64,000 nt of DNA, from positions 96,001 to 160,000 of the forward strand of contig CAVZJB010000004.1 of the NCBI GenBank assembly GCA_963775425.1, in the 5' to 3' direction. Of this stretch, positions 9,516 through 22,375 are shown in pieces (position 1 is the first letter of the stretch; each line of letters starts with the position of its first letter). The notes under the pieces are model-generated. The model saw only the letters and a program-made list of their open reading frames with translations. It was not told the DNA's origin and did not search any database. This stretch comes from an uncultured delta proteobacterium. GTDB taxonomy: Bacteria; Myxococcota; UBA727; VGSZ01. A program made the translations under genes and the position numbers.

Positions 9516-10434
9516 GGAGCCTCTTCCTCTCGCCGCTGACGACGTCGACGACCTGCATCTCTTCGATCGCGCGCCGGCGGGCAGCGCCGCGCAGGTACGT
9601 CAGCATACCACGGGGTCCCCGCGACTCGCGAAAGCGGGAGGCGACGAAGCCGCCGGGCACACCGGGGTCGGGGAGCGCGGCCGCGATGGCTTCGCGAACG
9701 AAGTACGCGTTGTTGCCGGCGCTGTTGCACCCGATGAACCGCATGCCCTTCTTCGCCGCGAGCGCCGTCAGCGCGGGGAGCGAAGCCCCCCAGTACAAAA
9801 ACGACGGGTGCGCCGACGCGCGCCGGAACGCGGGGTCGTACGGCACGCTCACCGTGGCGCGGGCGCCGAACACGGCGTTGTATTCGAGGATGGCGATGTC
9901 GGGAGTGACGACGTCCAACGCCTCCCACACCCAGTAGTCGTTGCCGTCGATGTCGATGTGCAACAGCCCGATGCGGCCGGTGACGCCCGCCTCGCGGATG
10001 AGGTCGTTCACGTTTTCGCGCGTGACAAACGCGGCGCGTGCGTCGAGGTCGTGACGCCATGAGATCTCGTCCGCGCGGATGCGTGCGACGTTGTTGTCGC
10101 TGCCGTCCATGACAAAGCCACGCCAGTTGTCGCGCACGAGCAGGAAGCGCGTGTTGGCCTCGCGATAGTCCTCGACGCCGAACTCGACGAAGGTGTCCAC
10201 CTCGATGGGCAGGTGGTGCGCCAGGTACTGGATGATCCCGTCGTCGCCGAACTGCGAGAAGACACGCAGCTCGACGTCACGCAGCGCCCGCACGGACCCG
10301 AGCGCGCGAATCCGCTGCACGGCTGGCTCCGCCGCGAGCACCTTGAGCGTCTCCACCTCGCGCTCGACGCGGGCCGTGAGCGCGAGCAGGTCTCTGACGC
10401 GACGAAGCCCGCGGGCGGGCGCTCTGGGCCACAT
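9502..10434 (-). CDS. FkbM-like/methyltransferase-fold conserved protein
   Basis: VFSQFGDDGII, FVEFGVEDYREANTRFLL, LLHIDIDGNDYWVW, EYNAVFG, YWGASLPAL, GNNAYFV; start may be 10452. Confidence 0.7.
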   Translation of the reverse strand: MWPRAPARGLRRVRDLLALTARVEREVETLKVLAAEPAVQRIRALGSVRALRDVELRVFSQFGDDGIIQYLAHHLPIEVDTFVEFGVEDYREANTRFLLVRDNWRGFVMDGSDNNVARIRADEISWRHDLDARAAFVTRENVNDLIREAGVTGRIGLLHIDIDGNDYWVWEALDVVTPDIAILEYNAVFGARATVSVPYDPAFRRASAHPSFLYWGASLPALTALAAKKGMRFIGCNSAGNNAYFVREAIAAALPDPGVPGGFVASRFRESRGPRGMLTYLRGAARRRAIEEMQVVDVVSGERKRLRDIE

Positions 10435-10486
10435 GTGACGCTTTTCGCACATGGAGAGAGGTGATCGAAATTGCTAGTCTGCGCCC

Positions 10487-11296
10487 GTGCGCTTCACCCT
10501 CGTCACGCCCGTCTTGAACGGCATGCCGTTCCTGCCGGCGTGCGTCGAGTCCATCGATCTCCAGCGGCGGGACGGCGTCGAGGTCGAGCACGTCGTCTGC
10601 GACGCCGGCTCCACCGACGGCACCCGCGAGTGGCTGCGGGCGCACGCGCCGCACGCCACGCTCGTGTTCGAGCCCGACCGCGGTCAGGTCGACGCCCTCG
10701 AGCGTGCCTTCGCGCGCGCCGGCGGCGAGGTGCTCGGCTGGCTGAACGCAGACGACATCCTCGAGCCCCACGCGCTGCGTCGCGCGGCGGACGCTTTTAC
10801 GGCGGCGCGCGCGGAGGGGCGGCCGGCGGTGGCGGTCACCGGCGCGTGCGTGCTCGTCGACGAGGACAACGTGCCCTTCACGGTGGTCGCGCCGCCCGCC
10901 GGTGACGTCGAGCCGCGCGCGCTGTTGTGGCGCGTGCGCAACCTGATGCAGGCCTCCACGTTCTTCACGCGCGACGGGTTCCGGGCGGCGGGCGGCTTCG
11001 ACCACAGCCTCGACCTCGCGTTCGACGCCGACCTGTTCCGCCGCCTCGCGCAGCTCGGGCGGGTGACGTCGTTGCCGTCGGAGATCCTCTCGCGCTTCCG
11101 CATCCACGCAGCCAGCAAGACGGAGCGCAACCACGCCGACTCCGCGCGCCAGGATCTGCGCTCGCGCCGCAAGCTCGGGCTGCCCTGGACGAGCCCCGCG
11201 GCGTGGACGCTCGTCAAGCGCGGCTACGTGTACCCGCTGTTGCCCGCGGGCACGCTGCGCGCCGCGCGCCGCGTCGTGGGGGCCCTGCGCGGATGA
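10487..11296 (+). CDS. GT2 glycosyltransferase
   Basis: LVTPVLNG, VCDAGSTDGT, EPDRGQVDA, WLNADD. Confidence 0.88.
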   Translation: MRFTLVTPVLNGMPFLPACVESIDLQRRDGVEVEHVVCDAGSTDGTREWLRAHAPHATLVFEPDRGQVDALERAFARAGGEVLGWLNADDILEPHALRRAADAFTAARAEGRPAVAVTGACVLVDEDNVPFTVVAPPAGDVEPRALLWRVRNLMQASTFFTRDGFRAAGGFDHSLDLAFDADLFRRLAQLGRVTSLPSEILSRFRIHAASKTERNHADSARQDLRSRRKLGLPWTSPAAWTLVKRGYVYPLLPAGTLRAARRVVGALRG

Positions 11297-12420
11297 TCCC
11301 CTTGCATTGCGTCGTCGACGCCCGCGCCGTCGTCCCCGCGGCGCTCGACGGCGTCGGCCGGCACTGGTGGCTCACCCTGGCCGCGCTCCCGGCCCTCCTC
11401 GAAGCGGACGCGCGCGACGTCCGGGTGACCCTCGTCGCCCAACCCGACGCCGTCGACGCGTTGCGGGCCCAGACCGGCGGCTGCGTCGCCGTCGTCGCGA
11501 GCGACGTGCCGGTGGCCTCCCTCGTGCAGCACTTCACCTGGCCGCGCGCCATCGCCGCGCTCCGGCCCGACGTCGTCACCTACCCGCAGTACGACATGCC
11601 CTTCGTCCCCGCCGGCGCGGCCTCCGTCGCCGCCGTATACGACTTCACCTACGTCGACGAGCCCGGCTACTTCGGCGCGCGACGCGAGCACCGGCGCCTC
11701 GCCGCCGCGGCGCTGCTGTCCTCTACGGTGGCCCGCGCCACGCGTGTGCTGACGCTCTCCGAGACCATCGCCCACGAGATTGGGCGCCGCTTCCCGCGCC
11801 GCGCGGACCGCGTGCGGGTGGTCGCGCCCGGGCCGGTGTCGCTGCCGGCGCCCGCGCCGGGGCCGCTCGCCCCTGCCCGCTTCGCCTACATCGGCAACCA
11901 CCGGCCTCACAAGCGCGTGCCCGTGCTCCTCGACGCCTTCGCGCGGCTCCGCGCCCTGCGGCCCGACGCGGAGCTCGTGCTGTCCAGCCGCGCCGATCCC
12001 CGCTTCGCCGACGTCGCCGCGCGCGCCCGCGCGACGCCCGGCGTCACGCTCCTCGAGGCGCCGTCGGACGAGCGCGTCGCGGAGGTCGTGGCCTCGAGCC
12101 GCGCGCTCCTGTTCGCCTCCGTGGGCGAGGGCTTCGGCTTCCCCGTGGTGGAGGCGCAAGCGCTCGGCACGCCCGCCATCGTGGCCGACGCCGGATCGCT
12201 GCCCGAGGTCACCGCCGACGGGGGCATCGTCATCAGCCCGCACGACGACGTCGGGGCCTGGTGCGCCGCCATGGTGCGGCTGCTCGACGACGACGAGCGA
12301 GCGCGCCTGTCCGCGCGCGCGCGTGCGGCCGCGGCCGCGCGCTCCTGGGAGCTTGCCGCGCGCAGCCTCGTTACGATCTGGCGTGAGGCGGCCGCCGAGC
12401 GCAAGAATGGCCGCACATGA
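11293..12420 (+). CDS. GT4 glycosyltransferase
   Basis: [28 protein letters not shown]; ATGA overlap with the upstream gene. Confidence 0.85.
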   Translation: MIPLHCVVDARAVVPAALDGVGRHWWLTLAALPALLEADARDVRVTLVAQPDAVDALRAQTGGCVAVVASDVPVASLVQHFTWPRAIAALRPDVVTYPQYDMPFVPAGAASVAAVYDFTYVDEPGYFGARREHRRLAAAALLSSTVARATRVLTLSETIAHEIGRRFPRRADRVRVVAPGPVSLPAPAPGPLAPARFAYIGNHRPHKRVPVLLDAFARLRALRPDAELVLSSRADPRFADVAARARATPGVTLLEAPSDERVAEVVASSRALLFASVGEGFGFPVVEAQALGTPAIVADAGSLPEVTADGGIVISPHDDVGAWCAAMVRLLDDDERARLSARARAAAAARSWELAARSLVTIWREAAAERKNGRT

Positions 12421-13418
12421 CCAACAAGCGGGCGCTCATCACCGGCATCACCGGGCAGGACGGCTCCTACCTCGCGGAGCTCCTCCTCTCCAAGGGGTAC
12501 GAGGTGGCCGGCATCGTGCGGCGGTCGAGCTCCATGGAGCGCGCGCGCATCGACCACCTCCACCTCATCGAGTCTTCGAGCGCGCGCGACGACGTCAAGC
12601 TCTACTACGGCGACCTCACCGACGGCTCGTCGCTGAACCGCACGTTGCGCGAATTCAAGCCCGACGAGATCTACAACCTCGGCGCCCAGAGCCACGTGCG
12701 CGTCTCGTTCGACGTGCCCGAGTACACCACCGACGTCGACGCGCTCGGCACCGTGCGCGTCCTCGAGGCCATCCGCGACGTCGGCATCGCGCCCCGCTTC
12801 TACCAGGCCAGCTCCTCGGAGCTGTTCGGCAAGGCGCTGGAGGTGCCGCAGACGGAGACCACGCCGTTCAACCCCCGCAGCCCGTACGCCTGCGCCAAGG
12901 CGTTCTCGTTCTTCCTCGTGAAGAACTACCGTGAGGCGTACGGGATGTTCGCGGTGAACGGCATCCTGTTCAACCACGAGTCGCCGCGCCGCAGCCCCAA
13001 CTTCGTCACGCGCAAGATCACCAAGGCCGCGGCGCGCATCAAGCTCGGCCTTCAACAGACGGTGGCGCTCGGCAACCTCGAGGCGCGACGCGACTGGGGC
13101 TTCGCCGGTGACTACGTAGACGCCATGTGGCGCATGCTCCAGGCGGAGACGCCGGACGACTTCGTCATCGCCACGGGGGAGACGCACTCCATCCGCCAGC
13201 TCCTCGACGAAGCGTTCAGCCATGTGGGCATCGATTGGACGCCGCACGTCACCCACGACCCGCGCCAGCTCCGGCCCACGGAGGTCGACATGCTGCTCGG
13301 CGACGCCAGGAAGGCGAAGCGCGACCTCGGTTGGGAGCCGACGATGCGCTTCCGTGAGCTTGTCCGCACCATGGTCGACGCGGATCTCGAGCGCGAAGCG
13401 CGCCTCCGCGGGACCTGA
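12417..13418 (+). CDS. gmd: GDP-mannose 4,6-dehydratase
   Basis: [66 protein letters not shown]. Confidence 0.96.
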   Translation: MTNKRALITGITGQDGSYLAELLLSKGYEVAGIVRRSSSMERARIDHLHLIESSSARDDVKLYYGDLTDGSSLNRTLREFKPDEIYNLGAQSHVRVSFDVPEYTTDVDALGTVRVLEAIRDVGIAPRFYQASSSELFGKALEVPQTETTPFNPRSPYACAKAFSFFLVKNYREAYGMFAVNGILFNHESPRRSPNFVTRKITKAAARIKLGLQQTVALGNLEARRDWGFAGDYVDAMWRMLQAETPDDFVIATGETHSIRQLLDEAFSHVGIDWTPHVTHDPRQLRPTEVDMLLGDARKAKRDLGWEPTMRFRELVRTMVDADLEREARLRGT

Positions 13419-13419
13419 C

Positions 13420-14361
13420 GTGCGCGTGCTCATCACCGGCATCAGCGGACAGGACGGCTCGTACCTCGCCGAGCAGCTCGTCGCCCGCGGAGACGAGGTC
13501 CACGGCGTCTCGCGGCGGGCCGGGGCGCCCATCGCGAACCTCGCCGGCGTCGCTGGGCGCGTGACGCTTCACGGCGCGAGCCTCACGGACCCCGACGCGG
13601 TCGACGCGCTCGTCGCCGCCGTCGAGCCCGAGCGCGTATTCCACCTCGCGGCGCGCAGCTTTATCGGCTCCGACGAGGCGGTCGGCATGGGCTTCAACGT
13701 CGACTCCACCCTCTGCCTCCTCGAGGTGCTCGCCCGCCGCAGACCTGGCGCGCGCCTCCTCCTCGCCGGCAGCGCCGCGCAGCTCGCCGGCGCGCAGGCG
13801 CCGCAGAGCGAGCGCGCGCGGCCGGCGCCGCTCACCACGTACGGCCTGAGCAAGCAGCTCGCCGCCGACGCCGTCGCGTTCTTCCGCGACACGCGTGGGC
13901 TGCACGCCGCCACCGCCATCCTCTTCAACCACGAGTCGCCCCGTCGCCCGCCGCGCTACGTCTCCAAGAAGCTCGCCACCGCCGCGGCGCGCATCGCCCG
14001 CGGCCTCGAGCGCTCCGTCGCCGTCGGCGACCTCGACGCGTGCCGCGACTGGGGCTACGCCCCGGAGTACGTCGACGCCATGGCGCGCATGACCGAGCTC
14101 GACGTCCCCGAGGACCTGGCGCTCGCCACGGGCGTGTCACACAGCGTCCGCGAGATGGCGGACGCCGCGTTCGCCGCCGCCGGCCTCGACGCCGCGGCCC
14201 ACCTCGTCGTCGAGCCGCGGCTCGTGCGGCCACCCGATCCCGTCCCGCTCGTCGGCGACGCCGCCCGCGCGCACGCGGTGCTCGGATGGCGCCCCCGCGC
14301 GTCGCTCGCCGACATCATGCGCGAGATGGTTCAGGCGGAGACGGCGGCGCTCGCCCGATGA
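13420..14361 (+). CDS. Second, divergent Gmd-like NDP-sugar SDR (possible reductase)
   Basis: [38 protein letters not shown]; AGSAAQL replaces QASSSEL. Confidence 0.8.
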   Translation: MRVLITGISGQDGSYLAEQLVARGDEVHGVSRRAGAPIANLAGVAGRVTLHGASLTDPDAVDALVAAVEPERVFHLAARSFIGSDEAVGMGFNVDSTLCLLEVLARRRPGARLLLAGSAAQLAGAQAPQSERARPAPLTTYGLSKQLAADAVAFFRDTRGLHAATAILFNHESPRRPPRYVSKKLATAAARIARGLERSVAVGDLDACRDWGYAPEYVDAMARMTELDVPEDLALATGVSHSVREMADAAFAAAGLDAAAHLVVEPRLVRPPDPVPLVGDAARAHAVLGWRPRASLADIMREMVQAETAALAR

Positions 14362-14388
14362 AGCGCGTGGGAAGCTGGTAGCGTCGCC

Positions 14389-15423
14389 GTGGTGCCTCTC
14401 GCCTCCTTCACGACCGTCGCGCTCGCGTTCGTGCTCGCCCTCGGCCTCGCGCTCTACATCGCGCCCATCCTCATCCGCGCGGCGCTCCGCTACGGCATCG
14501 TCGACAAGCCCAAGCCGCCGCTGAAGGTCCACGGCGATCCGGTGCCGTACCTCGGCGGGATGGTGGTGTTCGCCGCGTTCCTGGCGTCGCTGGCGATCAC
14601 GTTTCCCTTCGACAAGAGCGTGCTCGCCATCCTGTTGTCGTCGAGCCTGGTCGTCTCCGTCGGCCTCATCGACGACCTCGGCACCCTGGTCCCGAAGGAC
14701 AAATTCATCGGGCAGCTCGTCGCGGCGGTGGTGCTCGTCAAGGCCGGCGTGGCGGTGAACCTCGCGGCGCTCCCGTCGCCCGTCGACGAGGTCGTGAGCG
14801 TCCTGTGGCTGGTGACGTGCATGAACGCCTTCAACATCCTCGACGTGAGCGACGGCCTCGCCACCACCGCCGCGCTCGTCGGCGCGCTCGGGGCCAGCGC
14901 CATCGCGCTGTTGAACGGCGCGCCCATGGTCGCCGCCATGGCCGCGAGCCTCGCCGGCGCGTGCGTCGGCTTCCTGCGGGTGAACCGCCAGCCGGCGCGC
15001 ATGTACCTCGGCGACACCGGCTCCATGTTCCTCGGCGCGGTCCTGGGCGCGCTCGCCATGGTCGGGCGTTACAGCGACAGGAACGTGGTCTCGTCGTGGT
15101 TCGTGCCGCTGGCGCTCCTGGCCATCCCGCTGTTCGACCTCGTCCTCGTCGTCGTCGCCCGGCTCCGCGCCCGGCGGCCCATCTATCACGGCTCTCCGGA
15201 CCACTTCGCGGTGCGCCTGCGCCGCGCGGGTTGGAGCGCGCGGCGCATCGCGCGCACCGCGGGCTGCGTGGGCGCGTTGGTCATCGCCGCAGGCATAGGC
15301 TCCACGTTCCTCGACGACACGCACGCGGCGGCGGTGCTCGGCACGGCGACGCTCCTGCTCCTCGCCCTGCTCGTCGTTGTCCTCGTGCGCTACCCGCCCA
15401 CCCCGCCGCCAGAGGGCCCATGA
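14389..15423 (+). CDS. Undecaprenyl-phosphate sugar-1-phosphate transferase (WecA/MraY family)
   Basis: PVPYLGG, GLIDD, NAFNILDVSDGLA, PARMYLGDTGSMFLG; multiple TM segments. Confidence 0.88.
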   Translation: MVPLASFTTVALAFVLALGLALYIAPILIRAALRYGIVDKPKPPLKVHGDPVPYLGGMVVFAAFLASLAITFPFDKSVLAILLSSSLVVSVGLIDDLGTLVPKDKFIGQLVAAVVLVKAGVAVNLAALPSPVDEVVSVLWLVTCMNAFNILDVSDGLATTAALVGALGASAIALLNGAPMVAAMAASLAGACVGFLRVNRQPARMYLGDTGSMFLGAVLGALAMVGRYSDRNVVSSWFVPLALLAIPLFDLVLVVVARLRARRPIYHGSPDHFAVRLRRAGWSARRIARTAGCVGALVIAAGIGSTFLDDTHAAAVLGTATLLLLALLVVVLVRYPPTPPPEGP

Positions 15424-16865
15424 CCGGCGTCATCCACGTCGTCACGGCGCTCGAGCGCGGCGGCGCCCAGCGCGTGGTGCTGGAGACGGCGGCGCGGCTC
15501 CACCACCCGGGCCGGCCGCAGCTCGTCGTCACCGGGCCGCGCGCCGGCGGCGAGGGCGCGCTCGACGATGAGGCCGAGCGCCGCCTGGGCCGGCGCCTGC
15601 TGCGGCTCAAGAGCCTCGCCGGGCCCGTCGATCCCGTGCGCGACACCCTGTGCGTGCTCGATCTCGCGCGGCTCATCGACCGCGAGGTGAGCCGGCTCGG
15701 CTCGCCGGTGGTCGTGCACACGCACTCGAGCAAGGCCGGCGTCGTCGGGAGGCTCGCGGCCCGCGCCGTGCGCGGCGTGTATTCGGTCCACACCGTCCAC
15801 GGCTTCGGCCTCGATGCCCTCGGCGAGAAGCACCGCTGGGTCCTCGAAGCGGCCGAGCGCGCGTCGTCGGTGTGCGACGTCGCCGTGTTCGTCAGCGAGG
15901 CCGACCGCGCCGCCGCGTCACGGCTCGGTCTGTTCCGCGACGCACGCCACGAGGTCATCCGCGCCGGCGTCGACGTCGCGGCCTTCGCGGGCGTCGCCGG
16001 CGACCCCGCCCGCAGGCGCGAGGCGCTCGAGCGCTTCTTCACCCCTCTCCCCGCCCGCGGCTCGCCCGTCGACGGCGCCCGCGACCGGCTCCTGCGCGTC
16101 GGCGTCCACGACGTCGCCGTCGCCGGCGAGCGCTTGCGCGGCGCCGTCGCGAAGGGGCTGTCCTCCGAGGCCTCGCGGCGGTCGCCGTGGCCGCAGCCGC
16201 GCGGGCCCGTCGCCGTCACCGTCGGCAACCTCAAGGCGCAGAAGGACCCGCTCTTCCACCTCGAGGTGCTGCGCGCCTGGGCCGAGCGCCGCGCCTCGGG
16301 CGCGCGCGCCGCAGGCGCCGCCCGCACGCCAAGCCGAGGCGCGCCGAGGCGCGCGCCCGAAGGCTCGCCGCGCCTCCTGTTCGCCGGCGACGGGCCCTTG
16401 CGCGACGACGTCGCGGGACGCGCGCGCGAGCTCGGCCTCGACGGCGCGCTCGCCCTGCCGGGCTTCCTCGAGGATCCCCGCGACGCGCTCGCCGCCGGCG
16501 ACGTGTTCCTCCTGGCGTCGGCGTGGGAGGGGCTGCCCTGCTCCGTCGTCGAGGCGCTCGCCGCGGGGCTCCCGTGCGTCGTGCGCGACACCGGCTACGC
16601 CGCCGACCTCGCGTGGGCAAAGAAGGCCGTGCGCGCGCTCCCCCACGACGCGCCGCCCGAAGCGTTCGCCGCCGCGCTCGACGACGTCGTCGGCGCGCCG
16701 CCGCGGATCCCCAAGGTGCCGCGCGCCTTCACCGTCGCCGGCATGCTCCAGGCGCTCTCGCGTCTGTACGACGAGCTCATCGGGCCGCCGCGGCCGACGG
16801 GGCCTCTGTTCGGGCGGCGGCGCGCCGGCAGAGGAAGTGCCAGTAGGGCAAGCCGTCGGAGATGA
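15420..16865 (+). CDS. GT4 glycosyltransferase with two in-frame insertions
   Basis: HVVTALERGGAQ, VHTHSSKAG, HTVHGF, VGNLKAQKDP, SAWEGLPCSVVEALAAGLP. Confidence 0.85.
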   Translation: MTGVIHVVTALERGGAQRVVLETAARLHHPGRPQLVVTGPRAGGEGALDDEAERRLGRRLLRLKSLAGPVDPVRDTLCVLDLARLIDREVSRLGSPVVVHTHSSKAGVVGRLAARAVRGVYSVHTVHGFGLDALGEKHRWVLEAAERASSVCDVAVFVSEADRAAASRLGLFRDARHEVIRAGVDVAAFAGVAGDPARRREALERFFTPLPARGSPVDGARDRLLRVGVHDVAVAGERLRGAVAKGLSSEASRRSPWPQPRGPVAVTVGNLKAQKDPLFHLEVLRAWAERRASGARAAGAARTPSRGAPRRAPEGSPRLLFAGDGPLRDDVAGRARELGLDGALALPGFLEDPRDALAAGDVFLLASAWEGLPCSVVEALAAGLPCVVRDTGYAADLAWAKKAVRALPHDAPPEAFAAALDDVVGAPPRIPKVPRAFTVAGMLQALSRLYDELIGPPRPTGPLFGRRRAGRGSASRASRRR

Positions 16866-17881
16866 CGACGTCGTCGAAGCTGTCCCGCAGCGTGCGGATT
16901 CTGATCGCGGGTGACCCGCTGCTCGATGCTCGTGAAGAAGCGGTCGTAGACGTCCTGCTCGATCCGCCTCGTCGACATGCCGTGGTACGCGTCCCACAAC
17001 GGCACCGACGACGCCCACGCGCGCGCGTCGCCACCCGGCACGATGTGCTCCGCCGCGGCCACGGCGTCGCCGAGCGCGATGAGCGGCTTGTACACGCCGA
17101 CGGCGCCGGCGTGGGCGATGCGCCGGCGCAGCTCCTCGTCGCGCAGCCGCGAGAGCGCGCGGCGCGCGACGGTGACGCCCGCGAGGATGGCGCGCCAGTG
17201 CGCCGGCCGGTTCTCGAGCGCGTAGTACACGAAGATCAACAGCTCCGGCGCGAGGCGCCGCATGCGCCGCACCTCGTCGAGGCACGGCGTCGGGAGCGTC
17301 TGCAACACGCCCAGGCAGTAGGCGAGGTCCGCGCAGTCGTCGCGGAAGGGGAGGTCCGTGATGTCGCCGAGGAAGAAGAGGCAGTTGCCGGCGCCGCGGA
17401 GGTTGTCGCGCGCGACAAAGATGGCGTCGGAGTAGTCGACGAGCACCACCTCGCGGGCCCTGTCGACGAGCTGCATGCTCCAGCGCCCCGAGCCGCAGCC
17501 GAGGTCGAGCAGCCGCTTGTCGCCGAGGTCGTCGACATCGACGAGGTCGAAGTAGCGCGCGAGTTCGCGGCGGTGCTCGGGGAGCAGCTCGCGATAGGCG
17601 TCCCACTCCCGCCCGAACGAGCGCTGGATGTCCGGCGCGAAGCCCGCTGCCGAGGCGGGGTCGGCCGCGCGCCCGTCAGGAGCGGCGGCGTCGCGCCACG
17701 CGGCGTCGCGGCCCGACAGGCGCGCGCGCGTGTCGGCGCTGAGCCGCTCGGGCTCCACGAGGATCACGACGTCGTCGACGACCTCGTAGCGCCTGCCACG
17801 CACCACGAGCGCGCGCGCCGTGAGCGACACGTCCGCGGGAGCCACGCCGAAGAGGTCCGCGACCGCCCCGCGGGTGTCCAT
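16777..17881 (-). pseudogene. Class I SAM methyltransferase with a +1 frameshift near 16900, close to the 3' end
   Basis: SFGREW, LLDLGCGSGRWS, YCLGVL, DRFFTSIEQRVTRDQ then IRTLRDSFDDVVISDGLPYWHFLC in another frame; coding strand GAT CAG [A] ATC CGC. Confidence 0.8.
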
Positions 17882-17883
17882 GC

Positions 17884-19296
<1,413 letters not shown>

Positions 19297-19325
19297 ACGT
19301 GCCGCATCCTACACGGCGGCGCCGC

Positions 19326-20966
<1,641 letters not shown>

Positions 20967-21036
20967 CGGCGCCCCGGTCGGGACCCGCGGTGGAGGCGAC
21001 CGCGGCGACCGGGGAGCGCGACCAGGCGTGGCGGAG

Positions 21037-22242
21037 CTACTGGATCGTGGAGGCAATCGTAAAGATCGGGAGGTACATGGCGACGAGGAAGCCGCCGAGC
21101 ACGACGGCCAGGAACACCATGATGATCGGCTCGAGGAGGGACGTCAGGCCGGCGACGGCGGCGTCGACCTCTTCCTCGTAGAAGTCCGCGATCTTGTTCA
21201 GCATGGTGTCGAGCGCACCCGCGCTCTCACCGATGGCCACCATCTGACAGACCATGGAGGGGAAGATCTTGGTCTCCGCCATCGGCTCCGCCAGCGTCTT
21301 GCCTTCCGCCACGCGCTTGCGCGAGTAGGAGATCGCATCGCCGACGACGACGTTGCCGGACGCGCGCGCGACGATGTCGAGAGCGTCGAGGATGGGGACG
21401 CCGGAGCTCAGCATGGTGCCCATGGTGCGCGTGAAGCGGGCGACCGCGCTCTTTCTGATGAGCGGGCCGAAGATGGGCAAGCCGAGAAAGACCTGATCGA
21501 GCATGCGCCGGCCGCGCGGGGAGCGCCGGAACGCGTTGAAGATGACGATCAGGATGGGCGGGCCGAAGACGAACACGTACCAGTGATCCGTCGACCACTG
21601 CGACAGGTCGATGACCATCTGCGTCGGCACCGGCAGCGCGCTGCCGAAGTCGGCGAACATCTTCTTGAACACCGGGATCACGAAGAGCAAGAGCACCGCG
21701 ATGGCGCCGATGGCGACCGTCATGACGGCGATGGGATAGAAGAGCGCGCCCTTGATCTGCTTCGCGAGCTTGACGGACTTCTCCGTCTGCATCGCGAGAC
21801 GCGTCATGATGGTGTCGAGGATACCGCCCGTCTCGCCGGCGGCGACGAGGTTGACGAAGAGGGGATCGAACACCTTGGGGTGGCGCGACAACGCGTCCGC
21901 GAACGTCTTGCCTTGCTCGACGTCGCTCTTGACCTGGCCGAGCACCTTCTTGAACCAGATGTTCTCGTTTTGCGAGTGCAGGATGTCGAGGCACTGCACC
22001 AGCGGCAGGCCCGCGTCGATCATCGTCGAGAACTGGCGGGTGAAGAGCATCAGGTCGCGGGTGCTGACGCCGCTCGACCCGGGGATCTTGAAGTGGAGCT
22101 CCGCCGGCTTCTTCTTCACCTTCGTGGGCTGGAGCTGCTGCGCGCGCAGGCGCTGCTCGACCATGTCCGCGGTAGCGGCTTCCATCTCGCCGTTGCGGAG
22201 CTCTCCGGTCTTGCTCTTGGCCGTCCAAACAAAGAGGGGCAT
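21037..22242 (-). CDS. pilC: Type IV pilus platform protein
   Basis: FTRQFSTMIDAGLPLVQCL, AGETGGILD, GESAGALDTML, LLEP, MYLPIF. Confidence 0.96.
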   Translation of the reverse strand: MPLFVWTAKSKTGELRNGEMEAATADMVEQRLRAQQLQPTKVKKKPAELHFKIPGSSGVSTRDLMLFTRQFSTMIDAGLPLVQCLDILHSQNENIWFKKVLGQVKSDVEQGKTFADALSRHPKVFDPLFVNLVAAGETGGILDTIMTRLAMQTEKSVKLAKQIKGALFYPIAVMTVAIGAIAVLLLFVIPVFKKMFADFGSALPVPTQMVIDLSQWSTDHWYVFVFGPPILIVIFNAFRRSPRGRRMLDQVFLGLPIFGPLIRKSAVARFTRTMGTMLSSGVPILDALDIVARASGNVVVGDAISYSRKRVAEGKTLAEPMAETKIFPSMVCQMVAIGESAGALDTMLNKIADFYEEEVDAAVAGLTSLLEPIIMVFLAVVLGGFLVAMYLPIFTIASTIQ

Positions 22243-22375
22243 TGAATCCTCCAGCCGACGCCCTCGAGGCTAACAGGCAGCCTCGCGGGACGTGAAATCA
22301 GCGCACTTCCGACCATAACTCCGCACGGAAGTGCTCGTCCTCAAAACACTTTTCTTGTCTCACCCCGGACCGGCC

